From NCBI GenBank assembly GCA_965238005.1, contig OZ250165.1, positions 3,360,001-3,424,000 on the forward strand: DNA of 64,000 nt, given 5' to 3'. This document shows, one piece after another, positions 37,653 through 48,568 of the stretch; position 1 is the first letter of the stretch, and every line of letters begins with the position of its first letter. The notes beneath the pieces are model-generated. The model was not told the origin of the DNA and searched no databases. It saw only the letters and a program-made list of their open reading frames with translations. Source of the stretch: Longimicrobiales bacterium. Its GTDB lineage: Bacteria > Gemmatimonadota > Gemmatimonadetes > Longimicrobiales > Gaopeijiaceae. The translations under genes were made by a program, and so were the position numbers.

Positions 37653-40178
37653 TCATCCACACTCGCTGTATCCGCAGACGTGGCACTTGACGCAGCCCTC
37701 CTCGTAGGAGAGCTGGCCGGCCCCGCACTCGGGACAGCTTCCCAGGAAGCTGTTGGGAAGGTCTGCGTCCGGGGCCCCGTGGGGCTGGGTGCCCCCGGCT
37801 GCTACGCCCACGCCGAGGGGAAGCGTCTCCTGTACGCCGTCCTTCTCCGCCGTGTACTTCTCGAGGGCCTGTCCGATGGCGTCGGGCAGCGAGAGCACCT
37901 TGGTCGGACCCACGCCCACCGCGCGATCCGACGAGATGCCCCGAAGCTGATCCCTCACAGCCGGAAGGGGGATACCGGAGCGGAGGGCCAGTGAGATCAA
38001 GCGGCCGATCGCCTCGGCGTCGGCCGTGGCGGCACCTCCGGCCTTTCCGAGCGTGCAGAACACCTCGAAGGCTCTCCCGTCTTGGTCTTCGTTGATGGTC
38101 ACGTAGCAGTCGCCGAGAGGTGAGCTCATCTTGAAGGTGCGGCCACGGAGCATGGGCGGACGTTGCCGCTTGTGGCGCGCCGCCGCCGCCGTCAGGTCCT
38201 GCTCCTGCTGCTCCCGATAGACTTGCTCCAGCTCCACGCGGAGTCCGTGGAGCGACTCGCGCGCGTCTGCCAGCAGGTGCTCGAGCTCGACGACCTCGGC
38301 GCTGCTTCCGCTCGCCCCGCTCTCCGACTTCTCCGTCTTTCCGGTGGAGAGCACCTGGTCGGCCCTCGATCCGTCCCGGTAGACGGTGACGCCCTTGCAG
38401 TGGAGCTCGTACGCCAGCTCGTAGATCTGCCGGACGTCTTCCTCCCGAGCCTCCTTCGGGAAGTTCGTGGTCTTGGAGATGGCCGAGTCGGTGTGCTCCT
38501 GGAACGCCGCCTGCATCCGTACATGCCACTCGGGCGTGATGCCGTGGGCCGTCTTGAACACTGCCTGGATCCCCTCCGGTACCTCATCGAAGTGGATGTG
38601 GCCCTCCTCCGCGATCCGGGTCACGAGATCCTCGGAGTACCAGCCCTCCTCCTTGGCCCGAGCGACGAAGTCCGGGTTCACGTCGGGCATCCTCACACCC
38701 GCCTGATTGCGCATGAACGCCACCGCGAAGATTGGTTCGATGCCACCGGAGCATCCCGCGAAGATGGAGATGGTGCCGGTGGGCGCCACCGTGGTGAGGT
38801 TGCAGTTCCGAAGGCGACGCTCGGGCCGAATGCGCCGCCCCTCCGACCCACGGGCGCACGTGTCGTCGGGACCCCAGATGGACTCTTCCCACGCTGGGAA
38901 CGCGCCGCGGCTCTCGGCCAGTCTCTCCGACGCGTTGCGAGCCTCCTCGTTCACGAAGCCCATGACCTTCCGCCCCATCGCCACGCCTTCGGAGGTGTCG
39001 TACGCGATTCCGAGCTTGATGAGCATGTCAGCCCACCCCATGACGCCCAGACCGATCCGGCGGATCGCCTGAGCCAGCTCGGTGATGGCCGAGAGGGGAT
39101 ACCGGTTCGCGTCGACGACGTTGTCCAGGAAGTGGGTGGACAGGGCGACGGTCCGGCGCAGGCCGTCCCAGTCGATTCGGTCGGCGGGCTCGTCTCCCCC
39201 GCCGGCGTCCTCCTTCACGAACTTGGCCAGGTTGATGCTGCCCAGGTTGCAGACGTCGTATGGCAGGAGCGGCTGCTCCCCGCACGGGTTCGTGGCTTCA
39301 TAGGAGCCGAGCTCGGGAACCGGATTGAAGGCGTTGGCACGATCGATGAAGAAGGTGCCCGGCTCGCCGGTCTTCCAGGCGCCGTGCACGATCATGTCGA
39401 AGATCTCGCCGGCGTCTTCCTGCCCGACCACCTCTCCGCTCTTGGGGCTCACGAGGTCATAGCTGGCCTCGTTGTGCACGGCCTCCATGAAGGCGTCGGT
39501 GAGGGCGACCGAGATGTTGAAGTTCGTGATCTGGGACGTGTCGTCCTTGCACGTGATGAACGACCGGATGTCCGGATGATCCACGCGTAGGATCCCCATG
39601 TTCGCACCCCGCCTGGTTCCACCCTGCTTGACGACCTCCGTGCTGGCGTCGTAGAGCCTCATGAAGGAGATGGGCCCGGAGGCCACGCCCATGGTGGAAC
39701 GAACCTGGGACCCGGTGGCGCGCAGCCTTGAGAAGGAGAATCCCGTCCCCCCGCCCGACTGGTGCACCAGCGCCATGGACTTGAGCGTGTCGTAGATACC
39801 GCTCTTTCCGTTCGACAGGGCGTCGTCGACGGGAAGGACGAAGCACGCCGATAGCTGCCCCAGCGGCCGCCCGGCGTTCATCAAAGTGGGAGAGTTCGGC
39901 TCGAAGCTCCCGTTGGTCATGAGGTCGTAGAACTGACGGGCCAGCTCCTCGACAGCCGCATCCGAAGCCCCATACTCCTTGTCCGCCTCGGCGATCACCC
40001 TGGCCACCCGCCAGAACATGGTCTCCGGCTCTTCGAGCGGGTTGCCGTGCTCGTCCTTCTTCAGGTAGCGCTTTCCCAGAACGATGCGTGCGTTCTCGGA
40101 AAGAGTGGCCGGGGCAATGTCGTCCGGCACTACGTCATCGAAGATGCTCGCATCGTCTGAACGGGACTCCTGCTTCAT
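37653..40178 (-). CDS. nrdJ: Class II (adenosylcobalamin-dependent) ribonucleotide reductase with C-terminal TSCPD-like domain and zinc ribbon
   Basis: [53 protein letters not shown] and CPECG..EEGCVKC..CGYSECG. No beta-subunit gene is adjacent. Confidence 0.92.
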   Translation of the reverse strand: MKQESRSDDASIFDDVVPDDIAPATLSENARIVLGKRYLKKDEHGNPLEEPETMFWRVARVIAEADKEYGASDAAVEELARQFYDLMTNGSFEPNSPTLMNAGRPLGQLSACFVLPVDDALSNGKSGIYDTLKSMALVHQSGGGTGFSFSRLRATGSQVRSTMGVASGPISFMRLYDASTEVVKQGGTRRGANMGILRVDHPDIRSFITCKDDTSQITNFNISVALTDAFMEAVHNEASYDLVSPKSGEVVGQEDAGEIFDMIVHGAWKTGEPGTFFIDRANAFNPVPELGSYEATNPCGEQPLLPYDVCNLGSINLAKFVKEDAGGGDEPADRIDWDGLRRTVALSTHFLDNVVDANRYPLSAITELAQAIRRIGLGVMGWADMLIKLGIAYDTSEGVAMGRKVMGFVNEEARNASERLAESRGAFPAWEESIWGPDDTCARGSEGRRIRPERRLRNCNLTTVAPTGTISIFAGCSGGIEPIFAVAFMRNQAGVRMPDVNPDFVARAKEEGWYSEDLVTRIAEEGHIHFDEVPEGIQAVFKTAHGITPEWHVRMQAAFQEHTDSAISKTTNFPKEAREEDVRQIYELAYELHCKGVTVYRDGSRADQVLSTGKTEKSESGASGSSAEVVELEHLLADARESLHGLRVELEQVYREQQEQDLTAAAARHKRQRPPMLRGRTFKMSSPLGDCYVTINEDQDGRAFEVFCTLGKAGGAATADAEAIGRLISLALRSGIPLPAVRDQLRGISSDRAVGVGPTKVLSLPDAIGQALEKYTAEKDGVQETLPLGVGVAAGGTQPHGAPDADLPNSFLGSCPECGAGQLSYEEGCVKCHVCGYSECG

Positions 40179-40298
40179 ACTGCTCCTGCTCCATCGCTCA
40201 ATGTGGCAATGCTGTGGAAATACATACCCCTCATATGTTGAAAATCGGCGATAGACGGCTCCGCCAAGGCATTGCTAATGTGGAGAATTGCCTGAGTA

Positions 40299-40346
40299 CC
40301 ACAAAATATTGGGGTATTCTTAACATACACCCCCTATATCTTGTGG
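40299..40346. promoter_or_regulatory. Two tandem NrdR boxes (40299-40314, 40331-40346) overlapping the putative nrdJ promoter
   Basis: CCCCAATATTTTGTGG (minus strand) and CCCCTATATCTTGTGG fit the acaCwAtATaTwGtg consensus and are 32 bp apart. TTGACC-17-TATGTT lies on the minus strand at 40350-40322. Confidence 0.8.
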
Positions 40347-40635
40347 TCAAGAATCTTCGTCGGGGAGCACGCAAGACCGCCTGATTCGCCGGACCGCCTC
40401 CCCAGGCAACGCGGCAAGCGGCCGAGATCTGCTCCCGCGGACTTTGATAACACCCCCACAAGGTCCTATGTTGCGTGATATCGGGTCTGGCCAGCCACTC
40501 AGCATATCTCGCCCCCCGCGGAGCGCCCCGCAGGCGTCCCCCCGTTGCGTGTGTGGGCGCAGAATCTTGACATCGGAGCCAACGGTTGACTCGGGGTGGG
40601 GCCGCAAGCCCGGCCTCGGAGAGGGAGATCCACGA

Positions 40636-41001
40636 GTGAGAACGTTTCGCAGAGCCATCGAGCTGGGCCTCCCCATCCTGGGGATGGCCGTGGTTTTCGG
40701 CGGCGTCATCTTCGTCCCCCCGACCAGCCTCCAGATCCAGGTCCTGGTCGTCCTCGTGGGGGTGTTGATCCTCGAAGCGGGTGTCTGGGGCCTGACCAGT
40801 CAGATTCTCCCCAACGAACGTCAATTTGTCGCCCTCCGCGAAGAGGGTGACCACTTCATCAACCTCATCCGCAACCTCAACGCGGCGGCGCTGGCGCGGA
40901 AGGCCGGCCTCGAAGGAAGCGACGAGCGCTTCGAGGAGGCTCTGGCCGCCATGCACGCGTCCGTGGAGCGCATGGCGGGGTTGGCTGGGGAGGAGCGCTG
41001 A
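40636..41001 (+). CDS. Small hypothetical membrane protein (2 TM)
   Basis: GTG after GGGAG, two hydrophobic helices and genome-typical codon use. Confidence 0.6.
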   Translation: MRTFRRAIELGLPILGMAVVFGGVIFVPPTSLQIQVLVVLVGVLILEAGVWGLTSQILPNERQFVALREEGDHFINLIRNLNAAALARKAGLEGSDERFEEALAAMHASVERMAGLAGEER

Positions 41002-41002
41002 T

Positions 41003-44000
41003 CTAGAAGGCCGTCCCCAGTCGAAGGTATAGCGGATCATCGGCCTCGTCGTTCAGGGTGAGAGCGGCTCCCAACCTGAAGAACAGGCGCGTGTTGAAGA
41101 GGGCCAGCACCGAGACCTGCAGCTCGGCCCCCACGGCCCCGAGCGTCGGCTCCCGTGGGTTCAGGACGTCGATGGCTGGATTCGAGTCTCCCCAGGCGTT
41201 CCCGCCGTCCACGAACAAGGAGCCGCTTAAACGGTCGAGATGCAGGGGGAAGAGGCCGAAGCCTCGGTGGGCATTCAGGATCGGGAAACGGTATTCGGCG
41301 GACACTGTCCAGGCGTAGCGACCTGCGCGCTGGCCCCTGAAGTACCCCCTCACGGGGAAGAGCAGCGGCAAGCCTCCGAACAGCTCCAGGCCCGTGAGGT
41401 CCTCCAGCCGCCCCTGTGCACCACCCACGTCGAAGTGGAACCGGTTCGCTCCGGGACCGAAGGCCGCTCCCAACGAGGCTCGCCATGCGAAGACGTGGCG
41501 CGAGAAGCCCGGCCCCGCAAAGGCATGGTAACCCCGGATCCGGGCGGTGGCGTCCCGGAACCCGCGATCACCGTCGTGGACCCCGCGCTGCGAGCTCGGA
41601 AGCGAGAGCTCACGGCGCGCCCGAAGCCGGAGAAAACCCCCAAACCCGGCCTCCGCGCTGGTGGAGAAGGCGTAGGAGCGGGCGCTGGTGAAGGAGACCG
41701 TCGTCGAGGCTTCCGCCAGTCGGCGCTGCGGCCGGGAGAGGGTGAAGGCGATCTCGTCCAGGTTCTCATCCAGAAGCTCGAGCTCCTCCCAGATGTGCGC
41801 AGCCGAGAATGACACGGACGTACGGGTCCGCATCCGCCGACGGACCAGCGTCACCGAGCCTCCCAGCCTGCGCTCCCTTTCCCCGTCGAACGCCGGGATC
41901 GTGTCGCCGGGCTCGGGCTCGAAGGCGAAGGGGCCGTCGATATCGTGATCCTGACGGAAGGAGAGACCCAGGAACGGATTGCCTCTCCCGGAATAGGCGT
42001 ACGACAGATCGAGATCCGTCCGGCCGCCCTTCCGGAACACGCCTTCGATGGCGTAGGAATGCCGGCCCACCAGGTCCTGTCCCTCGACGCGCGCACCGAA
42101 TCCGGGCTTGAGCACTTCCTTGTCCTGCCGCGTCACGCCCGATCGAATGATCGGCTCCCAGGAGCGCGGCCAGATGGTCTGGAGCGCCCGGTACGGGCGC
42201 GAATCGCCCGACACCTGACGGGTGAAGAGCTCCGCGGCCGCCTCCCCCCCGCGGGTGAAGCCCTCCTTCAGCGGGAGCGGATCGAACCAGGAGTCCGGAT
42301 CGAAGCGGATGCGCTCCACGTCCCAGCCATGGACGTGATAGCTGGAGAAGTAGATCCACTCGCCCATGGGATCCACGGAGGGGTACGCGCTCCCCCCGAG
42401 CATGTTCGTGACTTGGCGGAGGGATCCCGGGGCTCCGGACGTAGGATCGACCTCCATGGCATACAAGTTCGGAATCCCGCTCCGGTCCGACGACCACAGG
42501 AGCCGGCGACCGTCCGGCGTCCAGGCGGCCGCTTGGTCGATGGCCCGGTCGTCCGTGACCTGATGGACGATCCGGCCCGTCGGGTCCAAAACGAACAGAT
42601 CGTAGAAGGCGCCCGGCCTCCACCGCGAGGCGGCGATCCAGCGACCATCGGGTGACCAGGCCGGATACGCCCAGTGCTCGTCCGCCACGAACTCCGTGAG
42701 AGGCTCGATCGCTCCCGTGGAGAGATCCACCCGCACGAGGCGGTTGGTCCCATCGCCATCCTGCACGGCCACGGCGTATCGACCGTCCGGCGAAACCGTG
42801 GGCTGATCCAGGCGAGCGCCCCGGGTTACCCGGTGCTCGACACCGTCGCTGTCGACGCGCACCAGATCGGACCGTATCCGATACAGGTCGGTGAACTCCA
42901 GTTGGGCCACCAGAAGCGCGCCGTCGGGAAGCCAGGTCAGGTCCGCGACGTTGTTCACGCGTGTGAGCTTACGGCTGTCGGATCCGTCCGGATTCGCCAC
43001 CCGTAGCTGGATGTCGCTACGGCCGTCGGAGTGCAGGTAGGCGAGCCGGCTGCCGTCGGGAGAGATCTCCGGGAAGAGCGCCCGGCGCCCTTCCCGTGCG
43101 AGCGGCTCCCCCTTCGTAAGGGGGGCGGCGGCAGCCAGCGAATCGGCCAGGGCACGATAGCCGGCGTCGAGCTCTCGCTCCCACGAGGACCACGCCTCGC
43201 CGAAGCCGGTCCCGAAAGCGTCCTCGGCCCCGGAGCTCACGCGCCACGGGATGATCTGCCGGGCGATGGCGTCCACGAACTCGCCCATACGCTCCTCCCC
43301 GTACGTGTCCAGCATGTGGTCGAGGAACGACGCACCGTAGACGTATACCCGGCTTCCGGCGGGCCAGTTGGGCGAGAAGCCGGAGACCTGATCCAGGCCC
43401 TCGAACCCGCCCTCGAGGATGGCCGTCCGGAGCACCATGTCGTGGAAGCTCCCCTTCACCCTCCCGGACTCGGTGAGGGCCGACTCGTAGTAGGTGGCCA
43501 TCCCCTCGCCGATCCACGTCGGTACGTCGAAGCCCGGAAAAGCCGGCCAGTCCGCCGAGGAGCGTCCCAGCACCGTCCTCACCAGCGACCCGATGGGTCC
43601 CGTGTGGTCGAGATGGAAGACATGTACCAGCTCATGGGTGACCACCGTCTCCAACCAGTCGTCGAAGTGGGTGACGTTGAACCCCTCCAGGGGGGGCCGG
43701 ACGAAGACCGTGATCCGATTGTAGGGGAGCGCGTTGGCGAAGCCGTTGGTCTGGTCGACGTGATCGGTCAACAGCAGCTCGATGCGGTCGCCAGGGGGAT
43801 CGACGAACTTATCGCTCAAAGAGTCGTAGGCGCGCTCCGCACGCTCCCCCGCCCTCCTGGCCATCGCCTCCAGATCGGCGGGGAAGGTGACACGAAAGTG
43901 GGTCGTCTCCAGGCTTCGCCAGCGCTCGTCCGGCGGTACTTGCGCCGCCCCCGCGGTCGCCCACAGCACGCAGAGGACGACCGACCAGAGCGTGGTCGTG

Positions 44001-44017
44001 ACGAGCGACCGGATCAT
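41003..44017 (-). CDS. Outer-membrane protein: HExxH zincin-like domain + PD40/TolB-like propeller + Omp85/BamA-like barrel
   Basis: Signal peptide, THELVH...WIGEGMA, repeated P.(W/I/V)SPDG motifs, LFVDGGNAW and a terminal Phe (LRLGTAF). Confidence 0.75.
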   Translation of the reverse strand: MIRSLVTTTLWSVVLCVLWATAGAAQVPPDERWRSLETTHFRVTFPADLEAMARRAGERAERAYDSLSDKFVDPPGDRIELLLTDHVDQTNGFANALPYNRITVFVRPPLEGFNVTHFDDWLETVVTHELVHVFHLDHTGPIGSLVRTVLGRSSADWPAFPGFDVPTWIGEGMATYYESALTESGRVKGSFHDMVLRTAILEGGFEGLDQVSGFSPNWPAGSRVYVYGASFLDHMLDTYGEERMGEFVDAIARQIIPWRVSSGAEDAFGTGFGEAWSSWERELDAGYRALADSLAAAAPLTKGEPLAREGRRALFPEISPDGSRLAYLHSDGRSDIQLRVANPDGSDSRKLTRVNNVADLTWLPDGALLVAQLEFTDLYRIRSDLVRVDSDGVEHRVTRGARLDQPTVSPDGRYAVAVQDGDGTNRLVRVDLSTGAIEPLTEFVADEHWAYPAWSPDGRWIAASRWRPGAFYDLFVLDPTGRIVHQVTDDRAIDQAAAWTPDGRRLLWSSDRSGIPNLYAMEVDPTSGAPGSLRQVTNMLGGSAYPSVDPMGEWIYFSSYHVHGWDVERIRFDPDSWFDPLPLKEGFTRGGEAAAELFTRQVSGDSRPYRALQTIWPRSWEPIIRSGVTRQDKEVLKPGFGARVEGQDLVGRHSYAIEGVFRKGGRTDLDLSYAYSGRGNPFLGLSFRQDHDIDGPFAFEPEPGDTIPAFDGERERRLGGSVTLVRRRMRTRTSVSFSAAHIWEELELLDENLDEIAFTLSRPQRRLAEASTTVSFTSARSYAFSTSAEAGFGGFLRLRARRELSLPSSQRGVHDGDRGFRDATARIRGYHAFAGPGFSRHVFAWRASLGAAFGPGANRFHFDVGGAQGRLEDLTGLELFGGLPLLFPVRGYFRGQRAGRYAWTVSAEYRFPILNAHRGFGLFPLHLDRLSGSLFVDGGNAWGDSNPAIDVLNPREPTLGAVGAELQVSVLALFNTRLFFRLGAALTLNDEADDPLYLRLGTAF

Positions 44018-44108
44018 TCCGGCCCTTCGACCTTGTCAAACCGCAGCGTCGTCATCACCCTTCGCCTAAGGCCTCCACTCTTCGATCACACTGAGCCCCC
44101 CAGGGGGC

Positions 44109-44744
44109 ATGAGCGAATCGTCCAAGAACATCTGGTACCAGCTGGGCTACGCGCTGGAAACCGCCCGCCGGCGTGCTCCTGCCCCGAAGAAGGTACATAA
44201 CAAGCCGGGCAAGGCTGACGATGCGCCTGCGCCCTCCGCCGTAGACCAGCTTCTGGCAGCCGGCGGCGGGGCCGTTACACACAGGCTGATCTCCGCCCTC
44301 TGGGGACGCCGACCCGGGACGCTGCGCATCGCCCGCGCCGCATTGGCCGGAGCCGGTGCCGCCTTCGTGTTGAGCCTGCTGCGAATGAGCGCGAACGGCT
44401 CGTCCGCCGAGAACGGCGCCGCGCCGGATCCCGCTCTGGAGCTCCTCATCGGCGCGGCGCGTGGGATCCTGTATGGCTCCGTGCTCGAGCCTCGCCTGCC
44501 GGGCTCCTCCATCTTCCGTGGCGCTACCTTCGGGGTCATGGAGTACGTGGCCTCTCCCCTGGGCGGCCTTGACGGCATCCTGGGGGCCGCGAGCCCTCAC
44601 CGAACGATGCCGCTCCTTGCCGTGCTCTTCGCCGCCGACGAGGTTCCGTCCGGGTCCCTGACCCATCATGTGGCATTCGGCGCAGCCCTGGGTCTCCTCT
44701 ACGGGGAAGGAAGAGCGAGAAGGGGCAGGCGCGACGTCGTGTAG
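44109..44744 (+). CDS. Hypothetical membrane protein
   Basis: ATG-initiated 211-aa ORF with Gly/Ala-rich hydrophobic helices (HHVAFGAALGLLYG). Confidence 0.55.
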   Translation: MSESSKNIWYQLGYALETARRRAPAPKKVHNKPGKADDAPAPSAVDQLLAAGGGAVTHRLISALWGRRPGTLRIARAALAGAGAAFVLSLLRMSANGSSAENGAAPDPALELLIGAARGILYGSVLEPRLPGSSIFRGATFGVMEYVASPLGGLDGILGAASPHRTMPLLAVLFAADEVPSGSLTHHVAFGAALGLLYGEGRARRGRRDVV

Positions 44745-46429
44745 GGAGGCAGGCTCCTCGGCTCGCTTCGGAGCATTCCCTCGGGACATGGCACGATCCC
44801 TACGCCCCCCCTCGTGTCGTCCACCGCATCGGCTTCGGTCCTGGTCGCAACATCGTCGACGATCCCAAAGATCTGCTTAGGCGACTCTCCACTTCCCACC
44901 ACTACCAGGTGGCAGAACGCCTCGGGCCGGGCCATCAGCACCGGACCGACATACGCGGTCGCCAACCGATCCACCGGGTCGAACACCACGTAGGACACAC
45001 CCGCCGCTCTGGCCTCCTCGAAGAAGCGGTCCGGATCCGGGCTCAGGGGATAGATTCGACTCCTGACGCCCGAGAGAGTGTAGAAGATCCGAGGTTGGCG
45101 GCTGAACACGCCCGCTCCCTCGGGAGCGTTCTCGCCCAGCCACCGGGCAGCGGCGACGAACTGCTGGAATCCCTCACTGTGGCATGCGAAGGGACCGTCG
45201 GCCTTGACCGCCTCCCGGCACGCCGCCACCTGACGCGTCACGTCACTCCACCGCCGGGCCGAGGGGACGACCAGGAGCGAGACCGCGATCAGCCCAACGA
45301 CAAGTGGGATTCTGGAGTGCACACGGGCCGCCCCCGCGAGGAGGGCTTCACCCGCGTAGAAGAGCAAGAGCGGGTAGAGCGGCAGGGCGAAGCGATCCCC
45401 GGACCAAACGACCGGCCAAAGCAGGATCAGGCCGAAGTAAAGGGGGAGAAACAGCTCGGCCACAGTGGTTTGCTCCCGGAGGCGCCTCGTCCACCCCACC
45501 ACCGCCATACCCGCCAGCAGGAGGCCGAGCACCATCAAGGGCGCGCCGGACCAGTTCGTCAGCCCCCCCGGAATGTAGGAGAAGACATAGACCTGGAGGT
45601 TGTCCAGAACGCGGCGGACCAGGTCCGAGACACCGGCGGTACCAAGTTCCGGCTCGTACGGATTGATGAGCCAGAACTCGGAGACGTACAGGGCCTGCCC
45701 CGCGCTCTGGGAGCGTAGCCACCACGCCAGGCTGGGAATCGCGAACGCTGCGGCGAATCCCCCGAGAGCCTTCCATCGCCGGCCCAGCGCCAGGGCCCCG
45801 CCCACCGCGAGAACCAGCGGCAGGCCGGCCGTGCGCGTAAAGGTCGCCAGGATGGCCATAAGGCAGCCAGCTGCGAGCCAGATCCTGGGGCGCTCTCCAT
45901 CGTCCGAGCGGTGGAAGGCCCACAGACACCCCAGTGTCAGTGCCAGAAAAAGGGGGTCGGAAAGGATCCAATTGCTGGACCACAGAAACGCCGGGGCGAG
46001 GGCCAGGACGGCGGCCACTCCCGTGGCCAACCCGGCCCCGTGCCGGGCCTTCACCCACCCGAACGACAGCACCACCGCCGTGGTCACGAAGAGGACGGAG
46101 AGCAGTTTGAAGGTGAGCCAGGCCTCGGCGCCCAGAAGCATGGCACCGGCTAGAATAGCGGGATAGAACGGGGGATACTTGGTGTGGGGGGCCCCGGCGG
46201 GGTCCCACGCCTCCACATAACCAGCCCCCTCGGCCAGCGAGTGCGCCAGCGAGATGTATCCGGCGTTGTCGCCCCCTCTGTGCGGGGCGGGGCTCAGTGC
46301 TGGGAGCACGATGGTGAGGTGGGCCAGAGCCACCACCAGGAGGATCGCCCACGTGGGGATCCGGCGGCTGGGCGCCTCGGCGGCTCCCGCGGTCGGAGCC
46401 GCTCCACCTTCACCGGACCGGCCGCTCAC
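44699..46429 (-). CDS. GT-C fold glycosyltransferase-like membrane protein; in frame with anmK as assembled
   Basis: GGDNAGYISLAHSL...KYPPFYP, SDPLF and many TM helices. In-frame GTG at 46429. Confidence 0.65.
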   Translation of the reverse strand: MSGRSGEGGAAPTAGAAEAPSRRIPTWAILLVVALAHLTIVLPALSPAPHRGGDNAGYISLAHSLAEGAGYVEAWDPAGAPHTKYPPFYPAILAGAMLLGAEAWLTFKLLSVLFVTTAVVLSFGWVKARHGAGLATGVAAVLALAPAFLWSSNWILSDPLFLALTLGCLWAFHRSDDGERPRIWLAAGCLMAILATFTRTAGLPLVLAVGGALALGRRWKALGGFAAAFAIPSLAWWLRSQSAGQALYVSEFWLINPYEPELGTAGVSDLVRRVLDNLQVYVFSYIPGGLTNWSGAPLMVLGLLLAGMAVVGWTRRLREQTTVAELFLPLYFGLILLWPVVWSGDRFALPLYPLLLFYAGEALLAGAARVHSRIPLVVGLIAVSLLVVPSARRWSDVTRQVAACREAVKADGPFACHSEGFQQFVAAARWLGENAPEGAGVFSRQPRIFYTLSGVRSRIYPLSPDPDRFFEEARAAGVSYVVFDPVDRLATAYVGPVLMARPEAFCHLVVVGSGESPKQIFGIVDDVATRTEADAVDDTRGGVGIVPCPEGMLRSEPRSLPPYTTSRLPLLALPSP

Positions 46430-47593
46430 CGACTCGCCCCCCGGCGTGAACGAGCCCAGGACCCTAGGGCCGCGTGCCCCCGTGGCGTCGGGCGCGTTGG
46501 ATGCCACCCCGTGCAGGTGTGCCCACGTGAGCACCACAAAGGCGAGGGCTTCCCGGGCGTCCGGATCGACGCCCAGCTCCCCCCCGCCCTTCACCGGGAG
46601 GGGGGCCAGCTCCTCCCGGATCGCCTCCGCCAGCACCGGGTTCCTGTATCCGCCTCCCATGAGGAACACCTCGTCGATCCCTCGTGGGAGGACCCACGTG
46701 CGGTATGCGGCTCCGATGGTTCGGGCCGTCAGGGCCGTGAGCGTGGCTATGAGGTCGCGCCAGCCCGCTTCGTCGGAGCCGGGGGTCAGGTGCTCCGCCA
46801 GCCGATCCACGTAGGCGCGACCGTACCGCTCCCGGCCGGTGGTCTTGGGAGGCTCCGCCCGAAAGTAGTCGTCGTCGAGGAGGCGAGCCAGGAGGTCCTC
46901 GTCGACCCGCCCGCGCCGGGCCAGCCCGCCGTCCACGTCGAAGGGGAGCTTACCGTTGGTGGCGCGTCTGGCGGCCTCGTCCACCAGGGCTGTTCCCGGG
47001 CCCGTGTCGAAAGCCAGAAGCGGCTCGGCCGACCCCGACGGGGGAAGCCACGTCACGTTGGACATGCCACCGATGTTGTGCAGGGCCCGCCGGCGCTGCG
47101 GTTTGGAGTAGAGCAGCCAGTCCGGCCAGGTGACCATGGGGGCTCCATGGCCCCCGGCGGCCACGTCCCGGCTCCGGAAGTCGCTGACGACCGCCACCCC
47201 CGTGACCTCGGCTACGGTGGCCGGATCGCCGAGTTGGAGGGTCGATCCCCGCGCCCCGTCATCCGGTGGAACGTGCCAGATCGTGTGGCCGTGGCATCCC
47301 ACGGCGGCCAGGTCCGCCGGGCTCAGCCCGGCCCCCTCGCACACCCTCAGCACCGCCGCGGCCATCCACCCTCCCAGGGAGGCGTTCAGCCGGCACAGCC
47401 CCTCCGGCGTGCCCTCCTCCATACCCTTCAGAAGCAGCGCCTGGAGATCCGGCTCATAGGGCGTGCTCTCGAAGGCGAGGAGCGTCCACGCGAAGTCCTC
47501 GGGAGAGCTCCCCTCGAAGCGCACCAGTGCGGCGTCGATTCCATCCAGGGAGGTCCCTGACATGAGGCCCACCACAAGCTCTCCCGAGCTCAC
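46430..47593 (-). CDS. anmK: Anhydro-N-acetylmuramic acid kinase (no stop codon; reads through into the GT-C gene)
   Basis: GLMSGTSLDGIDA, GCHGHT, DFRSRDVAAGGHGAP, NIGGMSN, AFDTGPG, PPKTTGRE and REALAF motifs. Confidence 0.9.
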
Positions 47594-48504
47594 CCGGTGG
47601 GATCCTCGGTGAGGTCTCCGAGTACGCGCGCCAAGACGCCGTCCGCCGCTTGGAGCATCCGAGTCGCCTCGTCCAGCTCGACCCCCCGACGTCCCATGAC
47701 CAGGGCTGCCTTCACGTGCCCGTCTGCCGCCTCCAGGAGTGCCGAGGCCTGGGGCCGGTCCACTCCCAGAGTCTTCATGAGGATCCTCTCCCCGCGGTCC
47801 TGGAGCTTCTCGCATGTGGCTTGGAGGTCCACCATTAGGTTTCCGAACACCTTCCCGATCCCAATCATGGCCCCCGTGGTGATGATGTTCAGAACCATCT
47901 TGGTGGCGGTCCCAGCCTTCATGCGCGTGGACCCGGTGACCACCTCGGGCCCTACCAGGGGCGCGATGACGACGTCGTGAGTGTCCACCAGCTCGGGCGT
48001 CGGATGGGTGCAGAGGAGGAAGCCGGTGCGGGCGCCCCGCTCCCGGGCCCGGGCGAGGGCACCGTGCACATAGGGCGTCGTCCCCGAGGTGGCAATCCCC
48101 AGGACGAAGTCGCTCGGCCCCACGTCCCTGTCGTCGATGGCGCGGGCACCGTCGTTGGGGCTGCCCTCGGCCCCCTCCTGTGAGCGGACCAGGGCCTCGA
48201 AGCCGCCGGCGATGATGCCCTGGACCAGGACGGGGTCGGTGCCGTAGGTCGGGGGCATTTCGGCCGCGTCCAGCACCCCCAGCCGCCCCGACGTGCCGGC
48301 GCCCACATAGATCAGGTGTCCGGCCCCCTCGAATGCCTCCACAACCATGTCGATGGTCCTGGCGATGGCCACCCGCTCCTCGGCCACGGCGTCCGCCACC
48401 ATCCGGTCTTCGGCGTTGATGAGATCCACGATCTCGACGGACGAGAGGGCGTCGATGCGCGCGGAACGCGGGTTCCTCTGCTCTGTAAGACGGTCGTCGA
48501 GCAT
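47590..48504 (-). CDS. murQ: N-acetylmuramic acid 6-phosphate etherase
   Basis: TEQRNP, GAGTSGRLGVLDAAE.PPT, GPEVVTGSTRMKAGTATK and NLMVD motifs. Confidence 0.95.
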   Translation of the reverse strand: MLDDRLTEQRNPRSARIDALSSVEIVDLINAEDRMVADAVAEERVAIARTIDMVVEAFEGAGHLIYVGAGTSGRLGVLDAAEMPPTYGTDPVLVQGIIAGGFEALVRSQEGAEGSPNDGARAIDDRDVGPSDFVLGIATSGTTPYVHGALARARERGARTGFLLCTHPTPELVDTHDVVIAPLVGPEVVTGSTRMKAGTATKMVLNIITTGAMIGIGKVFGNLMVDLQATCEKLQDRGERILMKTLGVDRPQASALLEAADGHVKAALVMGRRGVELDEATRMLQAADGVLARVLGDLTEDPTG

Positions 48505-48568
48505 GAATGATCCTGACCGCTCCTCAGTGGATGTGGGCCGAGGTGTCTACACCCCTCGCTTGCGGCAT

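Noticed and set aside
37653..40640. Intein in nrdJ, or cobalamin riboswitch upstream of it
   Set aside because: The protein length and motifs are continuous with no intein signature. No B12-box was recognised, and the upstream motifs are explained by NrdR boxes.
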